Positions 1-12,989 of a DNA stretch of 64,000 nucleotides are shown here, piece after piece. Positions within the stretch are counted from its first letter, which is position 1, and the number at the start of each line of letters is the position of its first letter. This DNA is from Octopus vulgaris. Its lineage: Eukaryota. Made by a program: the position numbers and the translations under genes. The notes beneath the pieces are model-generated. The model did no database searches. It had not been told where the DNA came from and saw only the letters and a list, made by a program, of their open reading frames with translations. Location: assembly GCA_951406725.2 (NCBI GenBank), contig OX597827.1, positions 77,562,001 to 77,626,000 of the forward strand, in the 5' to 3' direction.

Positions 1-183
1 CATGTGGGCAATAAAGAAATATATATATATATGTATATGCATATATGTACACATACACGTGTATATATTTATATGCATGCATGCATATATCTGCATATAT
101 ATCATATATACATGTATATATTCATATATATGCTTGTGTGTGTGTCTACTTATATATACACATTGATACACACATATCGATAA

Positions 184-549
184 ACATTTGTGAACAATAC
201 ATTTCAAAAATAAAAATGCGATCCCGTCCTCGAATGGAAATTGAACCCTGCACCTCTTACTAAAGAGGTGACCGTTCATAATGCATACATTACGAGAGAC
301 ATCAGCATTGATTCACGGCTTCTTCGTTGAACCACACAAATGTTTTTCTTATTCGACTGAGAACGTTAAGTCGTCAGCACAGGTCTGTCATGATGCAACC
401 AGGATTTACACAGCATTGCTAATTAGGGGCTAGGCTAGACTCCTCGTAATGTAGAGATAAAAAGCCGGTAACTTACGGATGCAGGGTTCCGTTTCCATCG
501 TGGGCACTTGGTCGCATTTTTAATCACAACTTGTATTGTTTGCAAATGT
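184..549. repeat. Diverged inverted-repeat element with two outward-facing tRNA-like arms
   Basis: acatttgtgaacaataca (184) pairs with tgtattgtttgcaaatgt (549); both arms read ctcgtaatgta...tgcagggttc..tttccat...tcgcattttt. Confidence 0.6.
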
Positions 550-709
550 CAAGTTCTGCTGTGTAAATTCATTAGCGTTCTCAGTTGCAAAGAGGTCTCA
601 TTTGCTCATGTCTATACATGTGGGTGTATATAGAGATATACATGTGTATATGCATGGGTGTGTGGCAGGGTGTATGTATATTTGCACACCTACACACTTG
701 TTGGTTAAG

Positions 710-711
710 TG

Positions 712-763
<52 letters not shown>

Positions 764-806
764 CATGTTACATACTTGCACACGTGTTTATATATACGTA
801 TATATA

Positions 807-837
<31 letters not shown>

Positions 838-1022
838 GCATGGGTGTGTGGGGTGTGCATGTTTTTATATTTATATCTATATATATATACACGCATACAC
901 GTTGGTATGTATACACACACATTCATTACCTGCAGTGTGTGTGTATATGTATGTGTATATATGTCTGTGTATGTATGTGTGTGGCTTTATGTATACACAC
1001 AGATGCATACGCACACACATAT
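710..1022. repeat. (TA)n/(TG)n compound microsatellite
   Basis: Directly visible. Confidence 0.9.
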
Positions 1023-2865
1023 CTACGTTATTGTTTCCATTTGCTGGAAAAAACGAAAAGGAAAGAAAGGAAGGAAAACCAGAAGAACGGAAAATGAAAC
1101 ATTGAACGGAAAAAGTGTCATGTTTCTTCCAGTATATTCTGAACCAGGAAAAAAAACAACAAAAACTGCAGACCAATGTTGGAGATAACTTTTGAGAAAA
1201 TATGGGTCGTTTTTCTTCCTTTTTTCAATCTTTAAAACTTTCTGCAGGAAAAGAATTTAAAAAAAAAGGTTTTTTTTTGTTTTAAATGCCAGTGGAGATG
1301 TCAGGAGTCAGATTTGAACCTGAAACATTTTGTATGTAAAAGGGCTCATATATGTGCTGCGTCCTATGAGTGTTGAGTGGAAGGGACACCAATAGAAAAG
1401 GCACATATTGATTGTAGTGAAAAAGGTGGCTGAATCCTGAGAAATATCATAAAAACAAGCATACAATACCAGTGTATACACACAGCACAATGTACGCGCG
1501 TGCGTGTGTGTATAGAAACTGCTGCTGCTGCTACTATTACAAGGACAATATCAAGGAAAATAATAATAATAATAATAATAATAATATACAGTATTCTGAT
1601 GCTATAGCAAAGAGAGGAATCTCGTCTTATTTCTTTTGGAGATGATCAAAAGGGAAGAAGATAAAGAAAAAAGAACTTTTTCAGTAACTACCTACAGTTT
1701 GTGTGTGGTGAGTGTGTGCACACATATATAATATATATATACAAATATATATATATATATTTATGCACACCAAATATCTCTATACAAGGTTGGCTTGCAC
1801 GGAACATTAGGTAGGGTTTCATGCCTTGTTAGACACTCACACACAACCATATATACATATGTATATATATATATATGTATCACAAGCACACACACACACC
1901 TATATAATATATAAATCTTTGGCAGACACAATCATATATATTATTACTACAAATATAAACATATGTAAATACACCATAATTTGTCAAATCAGATTTATTG
2001 TTTGGGGTTTTTTTTTTCTTTGTGTTTTTTTTAAAACAATTTGAACACAAAATCAGAAGAAAAAGATGTTACATTGACTGAAAAAATAGCAAAAAAATAT
2101 TGCTATATCAGTGGTAAAATATGGCTGCCTGTTGGTGGATTTTTAATGAAATGATGATTGGAGGTGGTGAGACGGAGAGAGAGAGAGAGAGCTGCTGCTT
2201 GTGGGGTGAGGGGAAACGAAAGAACATGGTGGTGGTTGACTGACAAACACATGGATATGGTTATTTTGGAAAAAAATACATAAAATGTATATTCTGGATA
2301 AGTCATGGGAAGTTCTATGAAAGTTGTTGAATTGTGTCGGAGAATGATACAAGGAGACACTGCGAAAGACGTGGATAGATAATGGATTCTTAGGAATATT
2401 GTGGAAGACGTAAAGGAACCTACCGATAGGTTTGTTTTGAGAGATATGTCACAGAAAAGCTGAAGACATTGTTAAAAGACACGAAGACATGCCAGATGGA
2501 AGGAAAAAGAAATCAGAAGTTGCCAACAAAACGGAAATGTATTGTGAAAGACAAAAGATGCGCCACACAGAATTAAAACTCAATCAAAGAACATGGAGGC
2601 ATTTTCGCAAAAGACTTTAATGAAGCCATTTAATCAATCGCTGTGGCAATCCCTGTGATGTGGTGGTGGTAATTCCTTAACAAATTGAGTCGATTTTACA
2701 ATTTCTTTATTTTTCATTGCTGGAATTGTTTTCATTTAACATTACTAATTCTTCTGGAAAAAGGCAAGAAGGCCACAACTCCGAGGAAGGAAATTTTCTC
2801 CGGTTTCATTTTTGTCTAACAGGCAATTGTTTATTTTCATTGTTTTTTTTTTTATGTTCTTTTTT

Positions 2866-3330
2866 TAAGGTGGCAAACTGATGGAATCATTGGCTTGCTG
2901 AAGAAAAATGCTTAGCAGTATTTTTACAGATTTCTTACATCCTAACTTCAAATTCTGTCAAAGTCGACTTTGCTTTTCATCCTTTTTGTGGTTGATCAAA
3001 TGAAGTCTCATTCACTGGAGTCAAGGAAATCGACTTGCTCCCTCCCCTCAAAATTCCTGGGCTTCACCAGAATTCCAAAACCTTTGTGTTATTATTACAG
3101 CAGCAAGGTAGCGGAATCGTTAGTGTGTTGATCAAAGTGCTTAGCAAGCATTTCTTTTGACTCACTATGTTCCGAGTTCAGATTCTGCTGAGGTCAACTT
3201 TGCCTTTCATCCTTTCGGGGTCGATAAAATAAGTACCAGTCGAGCACTGGGGTTGATGTAAGCAACTTCACCCCACCCATCCGAAATTGCTGGCCTTATG
3301 CCAAAATTTGAAACCATTATTATTATTATT
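2866..3330 (+). mobile_element. Two tandem tRNA-derived SINE copies (family A)
   Basis: B-box-like gagttcagattc, core gcctttcatcctttcggggtcgataaaataagtaccag, tail gccaaaatttgaaacc(att)n. Confidence 0.85.
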
Positions 3331-4034
3331 ATTATCAAATTCATCATCTGGAGGTCAGACTCAAAATACCACCACCAAACATTAATTATAAAAAGGAAAA
3401 AAATTGCAAAATCACGTCAAAATGAGAAAAAATGGTGTAAAATGCGATTTTGTGGCAAAGATAGCTGGAAGATATTTTACCAAAAAAAAAAGACAAAAAT
3501 CTTCGGAGAAATAATAAAAATGACAAAAGGAGTGAAAAAGTGGGTCAAATGAATTCTGAGTGTTTTTTTTTTTTTTTTCTTTTTTTGTAAGGACAAATTT
3601 TGCCCACTTGAAAACATCAAGGAAGGACGCTCATAAGACACAGACACTAAATTAAAGGGAGGTAATTTGATATCCAGCCCGTTTCACAAGGCGGATTAAC
3701 TCCCTTCCCTCTGTGCTACCTTTCTGGTAAATGTCTTTTTATGTCGTCGTCATTGAAATGATCCGTAACCCTTAATTTATTTTGTAATCTTGCTTAAAAA
3801 GGGGGCCGAAAGTAAATGAAACAAAAAAAAAAAAGGGAAGAAAGAAAAAGCAAACCAAATATGTTCGGCAGCTGGGTTGGTTAGCAATGGGGAGGGAGAG
3901 ACTGGTTGGACCGGGGTTATAACTAAACTGGGGGATCAATGTTGGAGGAATAAAAACAACCAAATAATTTCACTGTCGCCGATGTTGTCTTTCTAGTTTT
4001 TTTCTATTTATTATTATTATTATTTATTATTATT

Positions 4035-4410
4035 GGATCTTTTCGCTTTGACCGGCAGATTTAAAAAATAATTTCTTTGTAACTAAACACTTTTAAACTT
4101 CGTATACTGGTAGAATGTGTTACATAAAACATCTCTTTCTCTTGGCTTTCTTGAGAAAATTCTGTAGTTTGTAAGCTATTTCTTGTTAAATTCTTGTATT
4201 TCGGCAATTTCTTGTTCAACTTCTTGACAAACAACAGCAGTAATTGTATTCACCTCAATAGACGTCATTGATTGGTTAAAATTGCCGAAATACGAATAAT
4301 TAAACAAGAAATAGCTTACAAACTACAGTATTTTCTCAAGAACGCCAAGAGAAAAAGATGTTTTCTGTGACACATTCTACCAATATACGAAGTTCTAAAG
4401 TGCTTATTTA
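4035..4410. mobile_element. Palindromic MITE-like element
   Basis: About 125 bp inverted arms, 4084-4210 and 4278-4406, with few mismatches. Confidence 0.8.
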
Positions 4411-4719
4411 ATGTTGTTTACATAAAACCTTGATATATTTTATATGTTTGTGACAGCCTCAAGTAGACCAAAGCCTGACGAGAAGATTTGGTAGACAGAA
4501 ACTAAGAGCTCCATTGCGTGTGTTGGTTTGTCTTCACATCACATAATGTTCGTAAATAAGTGCCACCGTCATACAAGCAGTGTCGTTCATTTCTAATTTT
4601 GTACTTAAAACATGGTTATGAGAGTTACTGCCAAGAATAACATCTGGCTGTGGAAGATCTGCCTCAATGGAAGTATGTGCAATTGGCTGTTCTAGCAATG
4701 ATGATATGTTTCAATAAAG

Positions 4720-5058
4720 TTTACAAATAGCTTCCCATCCAAATGATTGTGGGTTCAGTCCCACTGTGTGGCACCTTGATCAATTGCCTTCTATTATAAT
4801 CTTGGGCTGACTAAAGCCTCTTGAGTGGATTTGGTAGGTAGAAACTGAAAGAAGGCTATCGTTTGTGTGTGTGTGTGTCTCTCCCAACCATTAGTAGATA
4901 ACTGGTGTTGGGTTGTTTACGTCCCCATAACTTAGCAGTTCGGCAACAGAGATCAAAATTAGCACTAGGCTTTAAAAAAGGTTGATTAATTAGACTAAAA
5001 ATTCTCTAAAGGGGTGCTCCAGTCTGGCCACAGTCTCATGACTGAAACAACAAGATAA
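4720..5058 (+). mobile_element. tRNA-derived SINE (family B, CORE-like) with internal (TG)n and LINE-like tail
   Basis: gggttcagtcccactg-tggcaccttg core; tail ggtgctccag..tggccacagtc..tgactgaaac; homologous to 38338-38763. Confidence 0.8.
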
Positions 5059-5193
5059 ATGAAGTTTGACAGAACTCGGCACACTCCAAGAGTGTATAGG
5101 ACACAACTGCAACTTTCAAATGTCAATTGACTTATATCATGTCACACACAAGCATGATTTCATATGTGTCTGTCTATATATCTATGTATATAT

Positions 5194-5565
5194 GGAGGCA
5201 CAATGGCCCAGTGGTTAGGGCAGCGGACTCATGATCATAGGATCGCGGTTTCAATTCCCAGACCGAGCGTGGTGAGTGTTTATTGAGCAAAAACATGTAA
5301 AGCCCCACGAGGCTCCAGCAGGGGGTGGTGGTGAACCCTACTGTACTCTTTCACCACAACTTTGTCTCACTCTTCCTGTTTCTGTTGTAGCTGTATTTCA
5401 AAGGGCCAGCCTTGTCACACACAGTGTCATGCTGAATATCCCTGAGAACTACATTAAGGGTATGCATGTCTGTGGAGTGCTCAGCCACTTGCACTTTAAT
5501 TTCAAGAGCAGGCTGTTCCATTGATTGGATCAACTGGAACCCTCGTCATTGTAACCGACAGAGTA
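5194..5565 (+). mobile_element. Full-length tRNA-derived SINE (family D)
   Basis: A box tggcccagtggttagg, B box ggtttcaattccc; close copies at 34588 and 39590. Confidence 0.9.
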
Positions 5566-6469
5566 CTGTAGTAATTATATATATACGTTCATTATATACA
5601 CACAAAATACACTTAATACGTTGTGTAGAATTGCTATTTATAAGAGATCAGTGGAGGCTGTTTTCTGTTTCGGTCAAGCAAATTTGTCTGGGTGTGTTAT
5701 GTTGGTAAAACACAAGATTGGTGTATATATATACACACACATATATGCATTTATACATGTATGTGATGCTCCTATTCCGCCTGCATTTTTCCTTGTTTTC
5801 TTCTCTCCACTTATCTTCCAGACACTTACATAACACACGTTTGTGTATAATTGAAAGCACATAACAAAGCAAGTTACCAAATTCAGCCTCAACCCTGCGC
5901 ATATGACGGTCTTTCCTGTCAAAGACGACATATAAGTGTTCAACTTTTGCCGCCTGGCGACCTCCACAAATGATTCATTTATAGTGATCAAATGTGTGTG
6001 CTGTACATTGGCTCACTCTCTCCATTGAATCGACGTCCGAAATGGTGTACGGTGTGCTATGTGCCAGGTGTCAAAGTGATTGCAGAGCAATGTGAGATGA
6101 GGTGTTTGGTTCAAGAACACTATGCACCGCCTGGTCTAGGAATTGAAACCATGATCTCATGTTCATAAGTACAACACTCTAACCACACTTGACTATGTGT
6201 CCACACACACACATATATATATGCAGGTATATACATGTACATATATACATCTATAATACATTCCAAGTGATTTGAATCTTGCTTGCATTGTTACTCAGCC
6301 AAACTGGCACGTAAGGGGAAAATACTATGAATTAAGTTTCCCCTGAAATGTGAAGACAGACTAAAACAAGTTTCACATAAATTGGACAAGTGGTTGTTGA
6401 GACATTAGGGGTTTTCAGGGTATAAATACCCATAATGGTTTGTTGTTTGATATGAAACTACCATCGCCC

Positions 6470-7590
6470 AGTCTTAATGTTGTTTTCTTGGTATAGCCCC
6501 ACTGAACTGCCTTGAGTTCCATTATTAGTTTGACACTGTTGGGGTAACCATATTTCAGAGCAGTAATCCAAACAGCTGAGACAAATGTCTTCCATGGGAC
6601 CAGCATATTTTCCTGCTCCTTTGTTCTCGGACTCCGCATGTCTATCCACCTGCACATTACCATTATCTTGGTGATAGGTACATGAATTGATGCACCGTTG
6701 TTCAATCCCTGCATTGTGTTTGACTCAGGGATTAACGCCCCTTTTTTGGTTCAAAATATCTTTTTGTGGCATGTCAACAAAAGTTGGCTGATAGCAGAGA
6801 ACTTGGAATTTTCCTGCATTAAATTGCATGTCCTTTCCTTAGCTGCTCTTTTGAATAGATCTTTCTGGAGAAGATTAGCATTGAGTGGTTTCTTCACTAT
6901 TTGCATTATTTTGTGCCATTGGCAAAACTGGTGAGAGGGGCTGCCTGTATAACTAATGGCAGCCCCAGGACAGATCCCTCAGACATTCCACTCACTGCTA
7001 ATTTCTCCCTGAAGAGGGCTCCATTGGCCAATACAGTCGGACTTCTGTCTTTATAGAAGTCATGTAACCCCTCTCCCTGTTTTCCAATTATGCTGAGTCT
7101 CCATAGCTTGTGTGACATATCAAACTGCTATCAACCTTATCAAAAGCTTTTGTAAAATCAAGATACATCACATCCACATTTGAGAGATTCATAAGTTGAT
7201 TCAACACCCGGTCATAATACTGCCGAAGCCATGTAAAGCAGCTTCCTCCTGAGTGGAAGCCATGCTGGGTGTCAGGAAACAAGTCATTATCTTCCAGGAA
7301 CATGATCAGCTTCCTCCCGCAAATTCATTCCATGGCTTTGTTGATATGTGAGATTAGAGAAACGGACCTGTCAATTTTAGCATTTTCTTGGCTTCCTCAT
7401 TTATGGGTTGGACACATTATGCTCTCTCACCCGACGTCTGGTATAGAGGCTTTCGAAGAGGATCTGCAGGGATCTTGCTAAAGATCCTTTGCTGTTTTTT
7501 AAAGGCAGATTGCTAAGAACTTATCAGGGGCCAGTGGCTGAGTTTAAGCTCATTTCATCAATGGCTGATATTACATGAATATCCTCTACC
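6470..7590 (-). mobile_element. Decayed CR1-like LINE reverse transcriptase fragment
   Basis: Translated pieces QHGFHSGGSC, YLDFTKAFDKVD, SGMSEGSVLG, LDYCSEIW with frameshifts. Confidence 0.85.
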
Positions 7591-7624
7591 TTCATGTAAG
7601 TGATTATATACATACGTACATAAA

Positions 7625-7890
7625 GGAGCACTCCGTCGGTTGTGACGATGAGGGTCTCAGCTGATACGATCAACAGAACAGCTTACTTGTGAAATTAATG
7701 TGCAAGTGGCTGATTCAGTGAAACAAGGCTGACCCTTTGAAATACAGGTACAACTCATTTTTGCCAGCTGAGTGGACTGGAGCAATGTGGAATAAAGTCT
7801 CTTGCTCAAGGACACATGTGACTGGGAATTGAACTCGTGACCTTAATCATGAGCCGAATGCCCTAACCACTAAGCCACACGCCTTCACTA
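7625..7890 (-). mobile_element. tRNA-derived SINE sharing the family D 3' end
   Basis: gcactccgtcggttgtgacgatgaggg tail; tRNA-like head at about 7820-7885. Confidence 0.7.
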
Positions 7891-7956
7891 TACATACATA
7901 CATACATATATATATATGTATAACTTTAAATATATACAATTTCATAAATAATATCA

Positions 7957-7999
<43 letters not shown>

Positions 8000-8502
8000 A
8001 TTTTCATACATAGCAATATATATATATATATATATTAGCTATTTCAGTGAAATCAGACAAATTTTTAAAAAACTCACTTTTATTTACGTTTTTCATGTTT
8101 GATATGTGTTAAAAATGTATAACTTTTAAATTTTATTTATAATCATATAATTGTTTTGTTGTGTCTGGGGAGAGTCATTCTCTTTCAGTGCCTTTTCATC
8201 CTCTTAACACACTCACTGGTAAAGTTTCCACTCATTTATTTATTTTTCCTCACATTTTCATTATGTCTTGCAACCTTTCAATAGTCGTAGACTGTCTGTC
8301 ATCCGAGCTGTGTTCTTTTTGTATGTTTGTGTGAATGTGTGTAGGTCAATGTGTGTGTGCATACACATGTATGTATGTATGCATGCATGCAAGTGTGTGT
8401 ATGCATGTATTTGTGTTTGCATATGTATATATGTATGTGTGTGTGTGTACGTTTGTATGTATATTCACGTGTTCGTGTGTTCATGTTTGTGTCTTTTTAT
8501 GC

Positions 8503-8690
8503 ATCATCATCATCATCATCGTTTAACATCCGCTTTCCATGCTAGCATGGGTTGGACGATTTGACTGAGGACTGGCGAACCAGATGGCTGCACCAGGCCC
8601 CAATCTTGATCTGGCAGAGTTTCTACAACTGGATGCCCTTCTTAATGCCAACCACTCCGAGAGTGTAGTGGGTGCCTTTACGTGCCACCA
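8503..8690 (-). mobile_element. RTE-clade LINE 3' end with (GAT)n tail
   Basis: catcatcatcgtttaacatccgctttccatgctagcatgggttggac; same as the 3' UTR attached to RTE coding remnants at 14250-15185. Confidence 0.8.
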
Positions 8691-9839
8691 ATATATATAT
8701 ATATATATTTATATTAAATAAATCTAAAATAGGACAAGAGCGCAAAGCACCCTGACAGTTAGGTGATACAAAAATGGGACAACAAAACATCCAGATAGAG
8801 GATACAAAGAAAACAAGGACAGGTCATTCGAAGTTTTCTTTCCTCGGTCAAGTACCAGATTATCCTCGCAATTTCAGCTGATTATACTTGAGATTGCTCC
8901 AATCTGGCCAGCACCAAGAAAAAAACTAAGCTAAGAGCATTAGATTTCTTGGAAGAAAGCAGCGAAAGCCAACCACTCCGAGAGTGTAGTGGGTGCTCTT
9001 ACATGTGTGTGTTTATAATTGTTGTAATCTTTTTTATAATTTCAATTTCATTCCTGTTGGATCCACTTTTCTGTAGACAACATCTTTCTTTCTGATTTGG
9101 CTGCATCCTTTTTTCTCCCTCCATCTAAACGATGGAGCAATAGTTTAGATGAACTTAAAGAACACATTCAGTCAGCAGTGCAAACACTCCTGAAATGCTT
9201 CAAAATGTGTCACGCAATGCTAAGGATAGATCGGAAATTTGCAGGGAAACAGATGGAACACATGTTTAAAATCTATTATATAAAATCCATTCTGTCTGTC
9301 TGTGTGTGTGTCTTCTAGGATCTCAGGCATCCTGCATCTGATTGCGCTCAAATTTGATATGGAGGTACCGACGGTATCAGGGCATGTATAAGTCTTGAAA
9401 AAATTACAAAAATCAAATCCAGGTGAGAATGCAATTGATAAAGCCGTGGGAACGTGCATTTGTACACGCAAGTACATCAGCTGTTGTGATCGATACTACA
9501 AGTACGCGAAAAAAATGCATGTGCAGTTTGTGCAAAAGAAGCCAGCCTGTTTGGTGTCTCAAATTTAGATTAAATCAGTGTTTCTCAAAGGGGAGGCCTA
9601 TGGGACGGTCGGACAAGTTGTTTTCAGAAAATTTAGTTAAAATGTTTGACAACTCAGCACTGCCCATTGGACGGGGGGCATTTTGCTGGTTTAGAATAAA
9701 GTTTTGATTTCAGATTTATAAATCTATTTGCTTTGGTATCATAATTTAAATAATAAACATAAAATTCTGTTAACTTTTTTAGAATTTGCCTGATTTCACT
9801 CAAATAAGTAGTTAATTCCGGGACACCCTGTATATACAT

Positions 9840-9874
<35 letters not shown>

Positions 9875-9878
<4 letters not shown>

Positions 9879-11312
9879 CCAGGATGAGTCAAAAGTTTTT
9901 TTCATATTCCAAGCTTTAATTAACAGCTTGAGCAAATTACAGGCTGAAAGCGATTATTCATCAAAATATGTCCCATCATATTCTATTGTCTGCTACCTTT
10001 GTTGTCCCAGAAGCTCAATTCCATTCTCATATCACTGGTTCAGTGGCAGAAAAACTCACTACAGTCGTTTTCAAGTTCCTCCAGATTGTTGAGCCTCTGT
10101 CCTTGAAGGAAATGAGCCCTGGCTTGGAAAAGGTGGTAATCGGATGGTGCAAAGTCTGGACTGAAAGCAGGGTGAGGGACGACTTCCAACCCCTCAAATT
10201 CCTCAAGTTTGTGCTTGGTCTCATTAGCAGTGTTGGCCCCAGCAAGGTAACAAGCTTTCAAACAATCGTATACTCACTACAGCTGTTGAGCATAAAGTTT
10301 AGTGTTCACAGCAGGGCCAGTGCAACACCCCATCTTCCTCAAAATTCCACCAAACACACATGACCTTCTGTTTAAGTTGCCCTTTTTTGACAACAGATTC
10401 TGAAACCTGGCCAGAATGAAACCACTGATTTCTCTTATTAGGGTTATGAAAGGAGATCCATTTTTCATCCACTGATACGGTCTCACATGGCTTGCCAGGT
10501 CTTCTCAAGCACAGCATATCTCCAAAGGACAAGTGACCGAGACCTTTGGAGATATGCTGTGCTTGAGAAGACCTGGCAAGCCAAGCGAGACCGTAGGAGT
10601 GGCCTGTGCCAGTGCACCATGACCAGCCCATTTAAGAGTATCCTTCAATCATTGGGCAATAAACTGCACTTGCAAAGACCTGTCGAGGCAAGTGAAGTCA
10701 TTGTTGTGGCCAATGACAGTACCCACTGATTGGCACCCATGCGAGTGGCATGTAAAAAGCACCAATCAAACGTGATCATTGCCAGTGCCGCCTGACTGGC
10801 TCCCATGCTGGTGGCATGTAAAAAGCATCTGCTAAACTCTCAGAGTGGTTGGCATTAGGAAGGGCATCCAGCTGTAGAAACATTACCATATCAGACTGGA
10901 GCCTAGTGCAGCCATCTGGTTCGCCAGCCTTCAGTCAAACTGTCCAACCCATGCCAGCATGGAAAGCGGATGTTAAATGATGATGATGATGATGATGAGT
11001 TACAGTTCAACTCCAAAAACAAATATCTCAAGGATTTGCCGGTGGTTGTTTGCAAATGTCCACACATTGCTGAGCCTGGTCATTGGTCAGCGTCTGAAGA
11101 ACTTCCTGACAGAGTCTGTTTACAAGACTGAGCTTATGGAAGGGTTGGCTGATGGTGTTTTGTGAAAGATCAACTTCTGCCGATAATGTTAGGTGCTGGT
11201 GGTGTTTGGCTGTTGTTTAAGCAAAGCCTCCTCTTCAACAACAGAATGTCACCCTAAATTTGGTTTATCTTTAAGGCTGGTGTTGCCTTCCTTAAAATGC
11301 CTAAACCAGTTT
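9875..11312 (-). mobile_element. Fossil mariner transposon interrupted by an RTE insertion
   Basis: WFRHFKEGNTSLKDKP, VDEKW, KVMCVWWN and HPAFSPDFAPSDYHLF motifs; TIR-like tataccaggatgagtcaaaag at 9875. Confidence 0.9.
10476..10998 (+). mobile_element. 5'-truncated RTE LINE nested in the mariner, with fold-back 5' end
   Basis: SDRDLWRYAV C-terminus, RTE 3' UTR, (GAT)n tail; 53 bp inverted repeat at the 5' junction. Confidence 0.85.
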
Positions 11313-11346
11313 TGTGTGTGGGTGTGTGTGTGCATGTATATAACAT

Positions 11347-11590
11347 TATCATCATCATCATCATTATCAACATCCGTTGTCCATGCTGGTATGGGAAAGA
11401 CGGTTTGATCAGGGCTGGTAAGCTGGAAAGCTGCACCATACTCCAGTTTGATTTGGCGTGGTTTCTAACGCCAACCACACCATGAGCGTAATGGGTGCTT
11501 TTACGTGCCATTTGTGTCACACCAGTAACTGCCATGACAGAGATTTTAGTTGGCTAGACGGGTCTTTTTCTGAAGCATGGCATAATGCCA
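11347..11590 (-). mobile_element. RTE LINE 3' end fragment
   Basis: (CAT)n followed by catccgttgtccatgctggtatggg...cttttacgtgcca. Confidence 0.65.
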
Positions 11591-11659
11591 CACACACACA
11601 CACACACACATATATAAATACCTACATATGCATATAAACACACACACACACACATATAT

Positions 11660-12635
11660 ACTAGCTGAGGTACCCAGTAATGCCCAGGAGCAGGGATATT
11701 CCCAGTACCCATTACAATGCCTAATTTCTCTCAGACGGAAAGTGTAAATCAAGACATAGGACAGATAATAGAAGGCATAAGCAAATTCAAATACAAATAA
11801 ATATGTGTGGAATCAGAAAAGGACAATCATTTGGTCAGATGAGTGGAAATATATAATCGATGGAAACATAACGAAGGGAATTGTAAAGGAGTGCTATGAA
11901 AAAAAAAAGTTTGTAAAGTAAACAAAAAATTATTTAGTGAAAAGAGATTTTATACTTACAGAAACATTTGGAGATCAGAGGCGACAATGTGGCGGTCATA
12001 AGAGTCGTAAGATGCTATGAAGAGGGAAAAAAAGCAAATTCTCTTGCAACCTGAGAGAAAATTCTAAGTGCACAGCACTTACGTTGATGTCTGTGTTTCC
12101 TGGGTATAGTTCCACTGATCGTGAAAATCAAATATTGATTGCAACGGTTAGACCCAACAATTTTAAGTGAAGGTGTTAAGAAAATACCTGTTACAGCAAC
12201 CTCAGAATGTTAAAAGAGTTAATGAATATTTTAACCCCACAACAATTTAGGTGAAATTTTGTTAATCAGTTAATCAAAAATCATCTTACACTTTGCTTGA
12301 GTGACCTAGGTAAAAATATATTCGTCTCAACCCGTCCTTAGTGCATATTCCACCTGTGTATAAAATTTCAAGAAAATTAGTCGAAGACTTTAAAAGTTAT
12401 GGAAGAAAATAACAATCCTATGAGAATTTGCATTTTGAATGTCCTATTGATTTTTGAAAAAAAATCGATGCTGATTAAAAATTATTGATTTTTTTAAAAA
12501 TTCCAAGTTTGTGAGCACATAAGCCCCACACATGTCAAGTTTTATCAAGATCAGTTGGATAGTATCGGTGGAGTTATAGTAACAAAATTCACAAACATAC
12601 ACAGCCACAAACAGACAGAAATTGCCATTTACATA

Positions 12636-12637
<2 letters not shown>
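11660..12637 (+). mobile_element. Helentron/DINE-1-like non-autonomous element
   Basis: Starts actagc...cccagtaatgcccagg; ends with aagttttatcaagatc..ggagttatag and an (ACAG)-like microsatellite, the layout typical of these elements. Confidence 0.55.
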
Positions 12638-12676
<39 letters not shown>

Positions 12677-12704
12677 TACACATACATATGTATACATATA
12701 TCAT

Positions 12705-12985
12705 TGTCATCATCATCATTGTTTAACGTCTGTTTTCTATGCTGGCATGGGTTGGACGGTTTGACTGCGGTCTGGAAAGCCAGTGGCTGTACCAGGATCC
12801 AATCTGATCTGGCAGTGTTTCTACAGCTGGATGCCCTTCCTAATGCCAACCACTCAGAGAGTGTAGTGGGTGCTTTTTACATGCCACCAGCACAGGAGCC
12901 AGTCAGGCGGGCCTAGCATTGATCATATTCGGATAGTGCTTTTTACCTGCCACCAGCATGGAAGCCAGTCAGGGAAGTGGTGGCA
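12705..12985 (-). mobile_element. RTE LINE 3' end
   Basis: Same 3' UTR and (GAT)n tail as 8503-8690. Confidence 0.8.
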
Positions 12986-12989
12986 TGAC

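Noticed and set aside
45-1188. Many ORFs rich in YIYI, CVCV or HTHT here and across the window (for example 20808-21271, 30666-31524, 45516-46782, 60150-61213)
   Set aside because: They are translations of stop-free dinucleotide microsatellites in several frames, not genes
5194-5270. tRNA gene calls for SINE heads
   Set aside because: A and B boxes are present, but the sequence continues into multi-copy SINE bodies and no full cloverleaf is supported
9060-9835. Second Tc1/mariner remnant (LDELKEHIQSAV..GKQMEHMF; TIR-like cagggtgtccc near 9820-9830)
   Set aside because: Too short and decayed to assign boundaries or family with confidence
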